Shown here: positions 27,214-42,435 of the stretch, piece after piece
How the letters are laid out: every line of letters begins with the position of its first letter
How positions within the stretch are numbered: the stretch's first letter is position 1
NCBI RefSeq assembly: GCF_009914755.1
Contig: NC_060926.1
Length of the DNA stretch: 64,000 nucleotides
Source: the human T2T-CHM13v2.0 reference genome, Homo sapiens
Reading direction: 5' to 3' (one strand)
Made by a program: the position numbers and the translations under genes
Notes under the pieces: generated by a model
Seen by the model: the letters and a program-made list of their open reading frames with translations, nothing else
Told to the model about the DNA's origin: nothing
Databases searched by the model: none

Positions 27214-29514
27214 TATATTAGTCCGTTTTCACACTGCTGATAAAGACATACCTGAGACTGGGCAATTTACAAAAGAAAGAGGTTTAATTGGACTCACAGT
27301 TCCATGTGGCTAGAGAGGCCTCATAATCATGGAGGAAGGCAAACAGGACAAAGTCACATCTTACGTGGATGGCGGCAGGCAAAGAGAAAGAGCTGGTGCA
27401 GAGAAACTCCAGTTTGTAAAACCATCAGATCTCATGAGACCCATTCACTATCATGAGAACAGCATGGGAAAGACTCACCCCCATGATTCCATAATCTCCC
27501 ACTGGGTCCCTCCCACAACATGTAGGAATTATGGGAGCTACAAGACAAGATTTGTGTGGGGACACAGCCAAATCATATCATTCTGCCCCTGGCTCCTCCC
27601 AAATCTCATATCTTTACATTTCAAAACCAATCATGCATTCCCAACAGTCCCCCAAAGTCTCAACTCATTTCAGCATTAACTCAAAAGTCCACAGTCCAAA
27701 GTCTCATCCAAGACAAGGCAAGTCCCTTCTGCCTATGAGCCTGTAAAATCACAAGCAAGTTAGTTACTCCCTAGATACAATGAAGGGACAGGCATTGGGT
27801 TGAATACAGCCATTCCAAATGGGAGAAATTGGCCAAAACAAATTGGCTAAAGGCCCCAAGCAAGTCTGAAATCCAGAGGGGCAGTCAAATCTTAAAGCTC
27901 CAAATGATCTCCTTTGACTCTGTGTCTCACATCCAGGGCACACTGATGCAACAGGTGGGTTCCCATGGTCTTGGGCAGCTTTGCCACTGTGGCTTTGTGG
28001 GGTACAGCCTCTCTCCCAGCTGCCTTCACAGGCTGTTGTTGAGTGTCTGCAGCTTTTTCAGGTGCATGGTGCAAGCTGTCAGTGGATCTACCATTCTGGC
28101 ATCTGGAGGATGGAGGTCCTCTTCTCACAGTTCCACTAGGTGGTGCCCCAGTAGGGATTCTGTGTGTGGGCTCCTACTCCACATTTCCTTTCTGCACTGT
28201 CCTAGTAGAGGTTCTTCATGAGGACCCCATTCCTACAGCAAACTTCTACCTGGGCATCCAGGCATTTCCATACATCTTCTGACATCTAGGAGGAGGTTCC
28301 AAACCTCAATTGTTGACTTCTGTGCACTTGCAGGCTCAATACCACATGGAAGCTGCCAAGTCTTGGGGCTTGCACCCTCTGAAACCATGGCTCGAGCTCT
28401 ACGTTGGCCCTTGCAGCCATGGCTGGAGAAGCTGGGATGCAGGGCACCAAGTCCCTAGGCTGCACACAGCAAGGGAACCCTGGGCCAGACCCATGAAACC
28501 CCTTTTTCCTCCTAAACCTTCAGGCCTGTGATGGGAGGGGCTGCGCAAAGGTCTCTGACATGCCCTGGAGACATTTTCCCCATTGTCTTGGTGATTAACA
28601 TTCACCTCCTAGTTACTTATGCAAATTTCCACAGTTAGCTTGAATTTCCCCTCAGCAAATTGAATTTTCTTTTCTCTCACATCATCAGGCTGCAAATTTT
28701 CCAAACTTTTATGCTCTGTTTCCCTTTTAAAACTGAATGCCTTTAACAGCACTCAAGTCACCTTTTGAATGCTTTGCTGCTTAGAAATTTCTTCTGCTAA
28801 ATACTCTAAATCATCTCTGTCAAGTTCAAAGTTCCACAAATCTCTAGGGCAGGGGCAAAATATCACCAGTCTCTTTGCTAAAACATAATAAGAGTCACCT
28901 CTTTTCTAGTTCCCAACAAGTTCCTCATTTCCATCTGAGACCAACTCAGCCTGAACATTATTGTCCATATCACTAATCAGCATTTTGAGCGAAGCCATTC
29001 AACAAGTCTCTAGGAAGTTCTAACCTTTTGCACATTGTCTTGTCTTCTTCTGAGCCCTCCAAACTGTTTCAGTCCCTGCCTGTTACCCAGTTCCAAAGTT
29101 GCTTCCACATTTTTGGGTATCTACAGCATCACCCTACTCTACTGGTACCAATTTATTGAATTAGTCAATTTTCACACTGCTGATAAAGACATACCTGAGA
29201 CTGGGCAATTTACAAAAGAAAGAGGTTTAATTGGACTCACAGTTACACGTGGCTGGGGAGGCCTCATAATTATGTTGGAAGGCAAGGAGGAGCAAGTCAC
29301 ATCTTATGTGGATGGTGGCAGGCAAAGAGAGTGAGCTTGTGCGGGGAAACGCTCGTTTGTAAAACCATCGTATCTTGTGAGACCCACCCACTATCATGGG
29401 AAAGACCTGCCCCCATGATTCAATCATCTCCCACTGGGTCCCTCCCACAACACATGGAAATTATGGGAGCTACCAGATGAGATTTGGGTGGGGACATAGA
29501 GCCAAACCATACCA
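27214..29514 (-). mobile_element. Full-length THE1 (THE1C/A-like) MaLR provirus: LTR-internal-LTR
   Basis: LTRs at 27214-27580 and 29157-29514; ~1.58-kb THE1 internal region; PBS-like tggtaccag (minus strand, 29142-29150); PPT-like ggagccaggggcagaa next to the 3' LTR; 5-bp TSD TAAGG at 27209-27213 and 29515-29519. Confidence 0.96.
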
Positions 29515-29764
29515 TAAGGCATTCCTATAAGTCAAATAGGATTCTCTTGTAAGGCAACATTAGCTCGTTTCTATTGGTCTATCTATGTGGAAGTTGAAAA
29601 TCACACACAAAAAGTGAAGATACTGAATCATCTCTTTTCTTCCCAACTGCACCCTATAATCATGAATGTTGTTCCTTCTACTAATGCTAATTACTCCTAA
29701 TACTAGCACCATTACTTTTCTTCTATTGCTACTTTCACTTCTGTTACTGGTGATGATAATGATC

Positions 29765-30005
29765 ATAGCTAATACAATGAGCATTTGCTGCATGTCTGGC
29801 ATACCTTTAAGCATTGTACATAAACTGGCTCATTTAGTCTTCACAATAACTGCATGGAGTTAGATACTAATATAATATCCATATTCTAATTGTGAAAGTA
29901 TAGGCAGAGAGAGGTTGAGCAAATTGTCTAAGGTCTCACAGCTTGCATTCAACCCAGAGCACCATGGCTCCAGAACAACTGTTCTTCCCATCGTGACCTG
30001 CTGCC
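29765..30005 (-). mobile_element. MIR SINE
   Basis: atagctaatacaatgagcatttgctgcatgtctggc...ggcagagagaggttgagcaaattgtctaaggtctcacagc. Confidence 0.75.
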
Positions 30006-30394
30006 TCAGAATGAATCTTCACCTATGCCAATTATTGTAAATGTATATATTTATTACATAGCTTAAAAATTCTAGACATGTTTTTAAATAAACTGTTAAA
30101 CATTTTCAGAATGAGCTATTCATAGAGATCGTTATAACTAACTCATTTTGGAATAATTTTGTTACCCTATGGAAAACATTTTTGAGCTTTTAGTCATATT
30201 ATTTTTCTCAAAGAAGCTGAATTAACGTTATATATAGTCAAGGTTTAGCCTCTAGAAATGTATAATTAACCAACAAACTAAGAACACAACATTTTTACTA
30301 TTCTGACCTTATGAATAATTTTCAAAAGGTCATTTACAAATTTTTTAATTTAATTTTAATTTGACCTGAACAATTTGACATACATCTACATGTA

Positions 30395-30908
30395 CAGTAA
30401 TGCTCCCTTATATATTCCAGGATCCGCAGTGGATGCCTGAAACCTCAGATAGTACTGAACCCTGTGTATACTACATTTTTTTCTAAACATACATATTTAT
30501 GGTAAAGTTTAATTTATACATTAGACACAAACAAACAACAATAATAATGAGACACATCAATTATAACAATATGCTGTAATAAAAGTAAAATAAGGACTAG
30601 TTGAACACAAGCACTGAGATATAGTGAGAAACAGTTGATCAGATAACCAAGAAGGCTACTAAGGGACTAACTGGTAACTGACAGGTAGCATGAACAGTGT
30701 AGATACACTGGCCACAGAAATGATTCACATCCCAGGTGGGATGGCGTGGGAGGGTTAAAGATTTTATCATGCTCCTCAGAAAGGCATGCAATTTAAATTT
30801 ATGAATTGTTTACTTCTGGAATTTTCACTTAATATTTTTGGACCCCATTTGACTGCAGGTAACTGAATGTGTAGAAAGCAAAACTGCAGTGGGCGGCAGT
30901 TGGCTGCT
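30395..30908 (-). mobile_element. MER44B-like (Tigger7-derived) DNA transposon
   Basis: cagtggatgcctgaaacctcagatagtactgaaccct...ttgaacacaagcactg...tttatgaattgtttacttctggaattttcacttaatatttttggacc. Confidence 0.8.
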
Positions 30909-32714
30909 ACAATAGACATATGTGTAGATAGGGAGATATAGAAATAATAAGAATCAGTTATTGCCTTTTTAAGCCTTCAATCTCATGAAGAAGATAAGTA
31001 CATAAAATATAATAGTAATGAAATGTATGTATCATTATTGCAATGAACAGTGACTACATGAAAACTTTTGTTTTGTTATTTCGCTAAAAATGGTAAGAAT
31101 TTCTTGGCCGGTAGAGAATACATCTTTCCTCTTATAGCTCTAAAACATAGTTAAGTTTTTGAAATGTAGTAGCTATCCAGAAATATTTATTGAGTGTTGA
31201 ATGAGCCATCATATAGATTATATTTTATTTTTAGTTGTTCATGCATCTTAAGTATCTTGATGTTTCCTAAAAGGTGTCATAATTTCACAGAATGAATAGC
31301 AGTTCCCACACAATGATGAATGTTCACTTTGGGAGTTGGAAAGTAGAAAAGCCATCTGAAGTTTTCCCAAAAGTGTACAGCATTATGATTTTATGAATGA
31401 AAATTGTGAGCTATATGCTCCCTACAAAGCAAAAGGATATCTAATTGCAAATTATTTATTTTATCTGATATTCAAGTCAACTTAATTTGTAATTAGTCAG
31501 AAAGGCAATATTTCTAATAATAAATTGTTACTAGTTTAGTTTAGGGGTAAATCTCAGATTTTTATTCTTTACTTTCTTCCTTTTTCTGTCGTACACAAAC
31601 CTTAGAGGGATGAGATCATCTCTTAGTGCTATTCTCTAGAAATAAAATTGGGAATACTTTTATTGTATATAAAGTTGGAGATAAACCTATATTTAACTCA
31701 TACTATTTGAGGACTTTAATCCAGCAACCCTTAGTGCTAGGACTTTTGGGGGCAAAATCATCTATCCATTGGCCTTCCTGGGACCGCAGCAGTCAATACC
31801 TCAAACTAGTCTCTGAAGATCAATTAGGGTGGTTGAAGTACAAGGCAACCATATCTCTCCCATGAAGGACTTAATCTCATCAAGCTAGTTTATTTCTCAC
31901 AGTCTTCTACACTGTTTAGACTGCAAGGCAAGCTCTCACTTTTTAAGAGATTCGGAACATTAAACTAGTGCTGGTACCAAATGCAGTCTTCAGCCTCTGC
32001 CGTCAGCCACAGCACCAATAGTTCAAAAACAACATTAAAAAAAGATAGGAGGTTAATAGAAATGCAAATCTCAAGCCTCACTCAGATAAAATAATAAGAA
32101 ATCTCCACAGTCAAAGCTAAATTTCTGAATCCTATCTAATAATGGATTAAAGGAATTCATTATTGGGTGTATCATGAAGGAGCATACTCTTTATAGACCT
32201 ATACAGACTCTATGAAAAAAAAATATATTACCATAGATCACAGAAAATGTAATCATTTAATATATTGTTTAGGAATTCAGAGTTTTAAATTGAACTGCTA
32301 CAAATTAAATTAAAGATACAGACTTTAGAAAACAAAAAGAGAAACATAGAGAATACCTGTCTATTTTACTCTCTAGAGGTATCAAGTTTTGCGTGTCTTT
32401 GAATGATTTTGGAGTCAATATTTAGGGAAAGAAAATCACCTTATATTTCCTCTTTAGGTCAGAAAAAAATTGTAGAAATGTGGCTATTTCAGGGTGGGGT
32501 AGGCAATATGTCTTACGGTAGCCAGATTCATGTCTCAGCATTTATTCTCTGTATTTCAGTTCAGCAGCTGTTGCCAGCTGCCTGAAACTGCCAGCTACCT
32601 GAAAGCTTAATAACTACCTGAATAGGATGCTCAACACTCAGGATGACAGCCCGCATCCCTGAGACTAGGAAGCAATAATTAGTTTGATGATTTTCATTGA
32701 TAAGTAAAATTGGT

Positions 32715-32955
32715 ATTAATGTTACTTGCTAAGTCCTATGTTAACTGTGTTATCCAAATTATGTAATTTATTCTTCTCACCAGTGCTATGAAACAGGCCG
32801 TATGATTATTTACATTTTACCTTTGAAAAAACCCAGTGATTTAGAGAGGTTAAATAACTTGCCAAAGGTCACGTAGCTCACAAGTAATGGAACAAGGACT
32901 CAAATCCAGGTCTCTGACCATGAACTTTGGGCTCTGAACTGCTCTTAACTACAAT
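32715..32955 (-). mobile_element. MIR SINE
   Basis: tagagaggttaaataacttgccaaaggtcacgtagct...ggactcaaatccaggtctctgac. Confidence 0.8.
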
Positions 32956-33188
32956 ATTATATTACTTTAGGTTCCAGGTAGGTCAACTAGATTGTTGCTA
33001 ATATATAAATGTCCAGAAAAGATGCTAGGCCACTATGCATGCCTTGAAAAGCAAGGATGCAGTGGGAGGAGTAAGAGGGACTTCAAGAAAACCATTTAAC
33101 GTGCCTGATACCTACCTGCCTGCGGGACTGTGGGAAATCCTGTGAACACACTGTCAAACACTCATCCCTAAGAAATCTAAAATCTGGA

Positions 33189-33818
<630 letters not shown>

Positions 33819-34862
33819 CTAGAAGATTGAAAGTCACACTGAAAATGGAGACTAAAATTAGTTTGTACTTTGTTTCACTTTGTTTTGCCTATGATTTATC
33901 AATTTTTGCTCTTGAACAGTGTTCATTTATGTAAAGCACTTATACTCAATAAATAGTAAGACCTATATAAGCATAAACTATTATTCTATTATTTCAGTGA
34001 AATGGTTTCTTATTTAACTCCCCTAAGGAAGAAAAGTTTGTGGGATCAAAGCTACAACCAAGACTTATTTGGGGATGAAGGAATTTGTCATGCCCAGGGA
34101 CATTCTGGCAGGGCTTGAAAAGCTGAGTTAAGGAATATTGTACAGGCAAGTTGACATACGTGACTACTGAGCCCTTTCGTGGTTAACAGTCTTGTCATTC
34201 ACAATTCACAATGCTTGTCCAGGATCAAGTTAACTGTTTTCTCTTAGGAAGGTCTCTGACCTCATTTAGGAGAGCCTCTTTGCAACCTGGGATTGTTAAA
34301 CAAAAGTATGTACTGGCTTGTTTCTCCTACCAAACTCTGTTGGGCATTTGGTTATTGACTTGGTGGGGAGAATGAATTAATCTATAAAGGATGAATACAC
34401 TGTTTAAAAAGACTCCCACAAAATACATATCCAAATGCATATATGTTTTCCTGCGTTGTACTGTAGAAATAAAATAAATGGACAACAATAAAAAAGGCTC
34501 GTTTGCTTTGAAAATATTCTTAAGTAAGAATCTGTCGAATTATGTTTTTATAAGCAAACAGGAAGAAGTGGCATGATTTGATGACATGACTGGTGCCCCC
34601 TGGAGAAATGGATGACTGTGCTAACTTATGAATGATGAGAAGCGGAGGACAAGGAGAAGGACAAACACATGGAAGGCAAATACTCTAAGCAGAGAAAACA
34701 GAATGCATTAAAGGATGGGTGTAAAGGAAATTTAGAAGCCTTCTCATGCAAGGTAACCAAGACTATTCGCTAGTCAGTTCATTGGAAAGGTACATAAAAT
34801 ATACACTGAAGATTTTAATTTTTCTTAAGTCATGTAAATTTATTCATTCATTAGTCTTTGCC

Positions 34863-34942
34863 TCTAAAACAAAGGCCTTTTGAGGATGATATTGACTGAG
34901 TTCACACAATATCATCCTCAAATAAAAAACCTTTGTCTTAGA
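34863..34942. repeat. Inverted repeat / hairpin
   Basis: Perfect 16-bp stem tttgaggatgatattg (34879-34894) / caatatcatcctcaaa (34907-34922), 12-nt loop, plus outer arms tctaaaacaaagg / cctttgtcttaga. Confidence 0.9.
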
Positions 34943-36162
34943 ATTAGACAGAGATTGGTTATGAGTTTCTACTCTAGGCTGGAGCAGAAACCAGTGTTCC
35001 TAGAAGGAAAGTTCTCCCAGTCTTTACTAAGGGAATTTGATCTCACCCTATAGTTCGAATTACGGGAGGTAGTAGTGAAGGGTTTTGCAAGTAATATGAC
35101 AAAATTGGAACCTAAATTTTAGAAAAATTGATATGGCAGTGATGTGAGAATTAATTATAAGGAAAGTCTTGAGTCCAGGATATGTGTTTTAATGGCAATT
35201 CAAACATAAGAGAAAGGACTACGGGTAAAGGCATAGAAAAATAGTATATATTGCAAAAATAAAGAAGATAGAAATGAGGGGAGTTGGTGTTAAGTTGCAT
35301 CGGGGTAAACACATGGCCACTCACAGGTCACAGGTAACTGGGTGCCTTGGTGTATATCCACTAGACGTACACGAGGGATATTGAAAGAGACGCTAACACA
35401 GGCAGTGTGGAGGGGAACAACCATTATTTTTGTCTTACCTAGTTTTTTCATGCGTTAAGTTTGAGACAAATAATGAGACATTCAAGTAGAGATGACCTGT
35501 AAGAGATACAGCATACTCTGCCAAACTTAATGCAACAAAATTATTTTCAAATTTCTATGCACTTGTGGGGTTCACAATATTCTGGCAGTTTTGTCCAAGC
35601 CAGTTTGGCTGAATGCCTGGAAGACTTGGGCCTAGAGCCTCAAGGTCTTCATGCCACAATTGAGTGTGCTGGGGAAGCAGGCAGCACCAACACAACACAG
35701 CCTAGATTCACAATTTTTGCTCTCTACAAAGAGTAACTGTAATATTTCGAGTAGGCTGCCAGCACATATTATGGTCATGGCTTTGAACAAGTGTCTGACA
35801 TACTTCTCTTCCTTAGTAAGTTGAGATAATATTTTGTATCCATATTAATGAATTTCTATGGATGCTGTTTGGATGCCAGTCCGCTCTCCTGAATAAACCT
35901 TTATAAAGGGCCTGGTTTAGTGAGAAATAAGGCAATGCCTCATTTGGGAAAAGGGACATTTTTAGGTGTAGGTGCCCTGATACCACCAGTTCTGAAAAAT
36001 AGGGGTTCAAAGCTCTTCCAAGCCTCAGTGACTTTATTTCCCCCAACACTTCTTCAGAGGAAGTCAATACATTCTTTTTCAAATAGAACAGCTGCCAAAT
36101 ATTCAAATCCTTTCTTTTTTCTTCTTTTCCAATATTCATGCCTTAAAAAATTCAAGCCTTTT

Positions 36163-36540
<378 letters not shown>

Positions 36541-37177
36541 TCATTAGATACAAAAACTGAGATTTTAAAATGACTAAATTCTAAGTCAAGAGAATCCTAA
36601 AGATTTAGGTGGGGAGGGTTTGCTTCACTTTAATAATGTAATTTCTGGATAACCATAAAGAATGTTCCCAAATTAACTCTAAATGTAAGAACAAGGACTA
36701 ATAAATTTTTTTGCTGTTGAGAGACTAACTGCTATTAAGTTACCTGGTGCTTTTGAAAATCCACTGAGTTATTATTCTACTCTGTCTGTATACCAACTAA
36801 TTAAGCAAGAACGTTTGACTCAGCTGAACTTGTTTCCAGATATAAAGAAAAGAAAACACAGGAACGAAGCCCCAGTTAAATGTTTCTGCATTCTGACTTT
36901 TGCAATTTTTTCCAAGGGACAGGATATATCCCAGTCTACCTTATATCTGTTGGCTATTTATAAATGCTCTAAAGATAGAAGCCTATGGCTGACTTTCTTA
37001 CAAAATTTGTTCATTAAGCAGCCATGGTACCACCACAGAGACTTACAGATAAAAATGAAGGTCAGTGATCATTATTTAAAGAACATAGTTGATTATGAGC
37101 TCTCCTAGACAAGCAAAGGCAAAGGCCAGCATAGGAGTCCTAAATTAACCCTATGATTAAACCCAGAGTCCCTGTAG

Positions 37178-37505
37178 CAGTGCTACTTAAAGTGTGGCCC
37201 ATAGACCTGCACCAGTTTTTGTTTATTTCTTCCAGTACACTAAGGAGGTAAGTACAATAACAGTAAGCATTTAGGAACTTCCAAAATAATCTGCAGAGAT
37301 TTTATATGCATTGGCTTAAATAATTTTTTTTTCAAATTGGGGCTTCCATATTGTAGATCTTTTATTATTTCAATTAAAAATTAATTTATTTTTCCTTTAT
37401 TTTACAAAGTCTGAACTGCAACTGATTAAAATTGGAAAATATTGTTCAAAAATATAAAATATGTTTTTCAAATAATTATTCTTCACAAATAGTTTGAGAT
37501 TCCTT
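37178..37505 (+). mobile_element. hAT-Charlie MITE (MER5C-like)
   Basis: cagtgctacttaaagtgtggcccatagacc...cttcacaaatagtttgaga termini. Confidence 0.6.
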
Positions 37506-39119
37506 TCTCCAGTCATGAGATAATGAGTTGAATGTGGCCTTGGAAATGAGAGATGTTAAACATAAGACTTAATCTTTCTAGGTTTCGATTTCCTGGTTCT
37601 CAAAATGCAGTGATAGAGCAAAATCTGGGGTCAAACTGGCCACTAGATAAGGGACACAGAGGTTTTGTTTGTGTGTCAACAAAAATGAATTGGGATGGTT
37701 TCAGTCAGGGAGTGTGCTCACCAATTAGGACTCAGATTTCTCCACTTCCTGCCATGTCACAGTAGGATGTGTTTATATTACACCTGCGATGCTAAAGATG
37801 TGTGAGTTTGTGACCTCGAGACGAGACTATGACTGGCAAGTTTCCTTCCAGTTCTATGATTCTGATATTATGGAATAGGAATTAAAGTCATATGTTTTTG
37901 TTATTGTTACTATTTTTCTTTGAGAATATGACCCCACAGAGTAGCTATAGTTAACTTTTCTAAACTAAAGCCCTGGATAAGGTTGGGCTTTGAGAAGTCA
38001 ATACTCAAGTCATCCTCCCGAGTTAAAAAGAGCATTTCCATCTGTATATATTTTACATGTAGAGGTTCCATGTAAAGTTTCATTTGATAAAAGGGGTTCA
38101 TAGAAATAACTTTTTCAATAAAATTGCTCTAAATGTTTGAATCCAGTACAGTTTTAACTTGATTATATTGCATATGTGCACTTGGTCTGCTATGCTTGGC
38201 ACACATCAGTGCTGGGCATAGAAAAAACACCAGCCCAATTCATTCCTATTTTACTTGAAGGGGTTGACCACAAAGTCAGCCAAGCCACTCTTTTTGCAAG
38301 ATTTCCCCCTAAATATAAGTGCACACCAATAAGGGAGGGTAATGGCACCATCTGAAAGATGGAAGAAGTAGCAGGGACTGCACTCATACATTATTTTACA
38401 GTCAATGCTAGTTGGCCATGCATATAATTCAACACAAATCATGATTAATAAGCAAATGAATGGGATGGGTGCTAGAAATTATCGCTGCCCATGTACATCA
38501 TACAAAATTAAATCTGATTACCTTTTGAAAGCAGGCATTATTGTCTCTTATTTCTTAATAAAAACTATGTATTTATATTTTTATCTAAATCTCTTGTTTT
38601 TAACAGAGAGCTGATATAACCACAGTTTTTCCCTCTACAGAGTTCCAGCTCTATGGCAAGCTGAGTTCTGTGTACACAGGAAATTAAATTAAATTCAGCA
38701 AATGAATGAAATTAAAATTAGGAGAAAAAAGGAAGGGAAAAAGGATGAGTTGGGGAGAACAGATAGATAAATTTTGCTAAACTTGTATATTTCCTTTCTG
38801 ATTTTACTCACAGATGTTTTCATTATGAGCTTTGATGAGTCACTGTGACAAATTATGGTGTGTGACATCGTCAGCCTAAGATACTGCTTTGATCATGGCA
38901 AATACACAATATATATTGGAGCACTGGTTCTATTTTTAAAATTTGCTTACTATTTGATGACACTAAACTCTGCAATTTACATGCCATATTGCACTTAAGT
39001 ATAACATGATACTATTATTTTAGATATTATTTTTATTAATCTATATATATATAAATTAAATCATAATAAACTTTAAAAATTTGCCATTGGTCACGAAGCT
39101 ACTGTGTAATTACACTGTT

Positions 39120-39633
39120 AATCTCAGCTAGTCTCTTTCTATCCTACGTTTATCTCCAGGGTATGCCTGGAGCCATAGAGTGACTGTGTTTCCACACTAG
39201 GGTTCTGAACTTCTCTTCTGTCCAGGCATGTACAAGCTGTTCAGTCTTGTTTATATGAAATGTACAGATTAATAGTTTGTGCTTGCTTTCTGTTATGTAT
39301 GTAATCTTAATTTCTGTTACTGAACTTGATCATGTAGACTTGTTTTGGCTACATGACCCAAAAGGTGTAAAACCTCTCCCTGGATGAAACTTGCTTTCCT
39401 GAGACCAAGGCATTTTGTGTGTGCCGTGGCTCACTATTCATTGTCAAAGCATATTCTGTGTGACTAATGAAGACATTTGGAAGCTGTACCTAGATGTCTT
39501 GGACTTCCCTAGGGATTGCTTGTGATCGCTTTCTCCTGCTGATCATCCTTTACCTTTAATAAAGCATTATTTAAGTATACTTTGTGGAGTCGTATGAGTC
39601 TTTTTAATATTCCAGAAAATCATAATTGATACA
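39120..39633 (+). mobile_element. Old ERVL-type LTR, probable 5' LTR of the downstream provirus (5' boundary uncertain)
   Basis: AATAAA near 39559 followed by U5-like tttgtggagtcgtatgagtc and a terminal ...gataCA directly upstream of ERV internal sequence. Confidence 0.55.
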
Positions 39634-42435
39634 GTTGACATTGAAAGGTCCCCCTAATTCAAGTGAAATGACTACAACTTTGCTCAGGAGGAAAGAAGAC
39701 GAGAAAAGGAGAATAAGAAATCTTTGGTTACAAAGCTGACTGCTGAGCCAGTCCCAGTCTGAGATTAAACAAGCTCTGAGATCATTCACTGTAAAGATTT
39801 TTCAATTGAATTTAGAGGTAATAGATCCAGAGCCAGGGGATAGCTAAATGGATAAGGAACAAGACAGTAAATATAAAACCACTTCCAGAGAAATTAGAAG
39901 TGCAGGATAAAGTTGCAACTGATTATTGCGTGTCTAGGAATGGAGAAATGATCCCAATGAAAGGTAGAAAGGTGGCAAGCACTTATTTAACCCATCATTC
40001 TGAAATAATTGTAGAATTGAAATTTCCAAGCAGGAAACTACCGAAACTAGGAGATATCTTATCAGGAAATTGACTAATTTCATGGGCAAATACAAGCAGC
40101 ACCCAAAGGGACCTTAATGACAATAGCTTTTATGTAGTAACAAAGTTTGCAATTTTATTGCCTCTGGACACAATGGGTAGGATGCGACATTTGGTTCCAA
40201 ATGATCATGGCCTTGATGAATTCAAGAACTTGATACACAACAATTGAATCTATAAGACCCTCTGTTAGTATCTGTCGTTACCATTATGCTTGTGTATGCA
40301 AATTCTCCTAATCTTACCCCTAATTTGTTAATCTGGATTAAAGAAGAAATTCAAGAGTTCTTAAGCATGAAAAGAAATTTTCCTCATCCTATTCCATTTT
40401 GATTTCAAAATGGAATACTCCACTGAGGATGTTAATATGTTGAGACTATAAGCCACATTGAATTGGTTAATATTGTTATAACAATGGGAACTCCTCTCGT
40501 ATGATGTGAGCTTCAAATGTAACCTTGTTATGAAAGGGAAACTACATGAAGGAGCACGTCATGGTATTGTTTGTAACTGCAGTTACTAAACTGCAGTTTA
40601 GTGCAGGACTGACCCATGTGCAAAAGACTCAAGTTATTCAGAAGAAAGGAAATAACATATTTGAAAGGTAAATAATATATTAGGAAAAGTGAAGTCTTTA
40701 GATGGTTAATAAAGACAATGAAAAGGGGGAATATGAATAGGCTGCCTTCTAAGGTCATTGATGAACGACGGTCCCAGACTGGGCGAACTCCTCAGACATT
40801 AAAGGAGCTATGGCATAGCAACCCAATTTATCCTAGCCTTAATGAATCAAAGAAATCTGAAGGAAATGTGCAAATAAATCCACAATTCCTTTAAAACCAG
40901 ATGGTATAAAGTGAAGAAAAAGGCTTCAGTTCTGAGGGGCCATGACCAAGGTCTTGGCAAAATCCCCCACTGGGAACTTAGGGCCTTCACATTTGTGGGG
41001 GTTAAATTGTCTAAAGCTGATGGAAGAACTTTATTGTGTTTGTTAAACAATGGTGCACAAGGTACTATGATGAATAAACCATTTAATAAAAATTAAATAT
41101 CAATATGATTATGTCATGGAATTATAGCAGTATTACTGTAAAAAATTTAAAAGCAAAGTTATGAGCCTATATGAAAATTTGTGAAAAGAAGTTATGTGTG
41201 ACAGTTGCATCACCACTTGCTGAATATCTTATTTGTATGGATGTAAAATTTGAATGAGATTTCTTCCCTTATCCAAGCTGTTATGAAAATGAATGTGGGT
41301 AAATCTGGTTTTTGTTCCGGTTTTTAATCGCACATGCTAGAAGAGAACTACCTAAAAGAACTCAACTGGTTCATTTGAAACATCTGGGATTAGCAAGAGA
41401 TTTCAGTCCTAATTGCAGATATATGAAGTGCAGTTGAACTAGTGTCTACAAAGTCTGTGTTTAGTATTCTCACATGAAAACTGGAAGAAAACTGGTGGGT
41501 CTTAGAGGTTAACAGTGTATTATATAGGCTTCTACAAAGTGGTGCCTTCGATAGCATCTGCTGTGCCAGATGGGAATTAACAATTCAAACCATATAACAA
41601 GCTAAAGAAAGTGATCTATTCAGCTAATTCTTTCTTTACAATTACTATTTTGGAGAAAAGTCAGCACCAGTTTCCCTTAAGTAGGATGAACACCACGTTT
41701 ACTATTATTCCACAAGGATATTTAGAATTTTTTGCTTAGTGTACAGTTTAGTGAGAAGACTTAGATTCAATGCAATTGAAAAGCACTGTCAATCATTATA
41801 TTGATGATATAATCAATATGTGATATAATGTTTGGATCTAAAATCAATCTAAAACTGAACAACTGTTCTGTATAATTATATAACTATCATTGGGGGTGAA
41901 TGAAGAATCCTCCTAAAAAATAAAAAATAAAAACTACAAGTGTCAGCACAAAGAAGAAATTCCTAAGAATAGCTTGACTGGAGCCACTAGTGACTTCCAT
42001 CAAAACAAACAAAATTAAATTGTTTTACTTGCTAGGTCAAAAATTCAAATAAGAGTTTAGCTGCCATACTAAAATTTCTGACATTTAAGGATTCTGCTAG
42101 CCTCTATTTAGAAAGTCACACAGAAAAAAAAAAAAATGAATTACATAGCGTTCTGAATAGCAACAGTCTTTATTGGAACTCTGAAAAGTCATTGCTCACT
42201 CAAGCACATTGAGGGCTTAAAATACCCATGCTCAGATGACATTAACAGTGTTGGCACTTACTGCTCACTGGCATGTATCACCTGTCAGTGACCACTGGGA
42301 TTTTAAACTATTAAGGTGCCTAAAACGTCTACCAGTTATATTCTCTTCAAGAGATAGTTTTGGCTTATTATTGACTGAAATTGCATTTACTACATAAGCA
42401 AAAAAATTTTTGAAGCTTTAAATATTGAGGGCAAT

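Noticed and set aside
27329-29448. Cluster of overlapping 60-130 aa ORFs
   Set aside because: All lie in the THE1 LTRs or internal region and are fragmentary; no intact MaLR ORF is evident.
38255-38352. Minus-strand acceptor (cttcttccatctttcag) followed by ATG
   Set aside because: Only a weak donor (gtaaaa) and no recognisable peptide.
39634-39655. Possible primer-binding site of the ERV-L fossil
   Set aside because: gttgacattgaaagg is too degenerate to assign to a tRNA.
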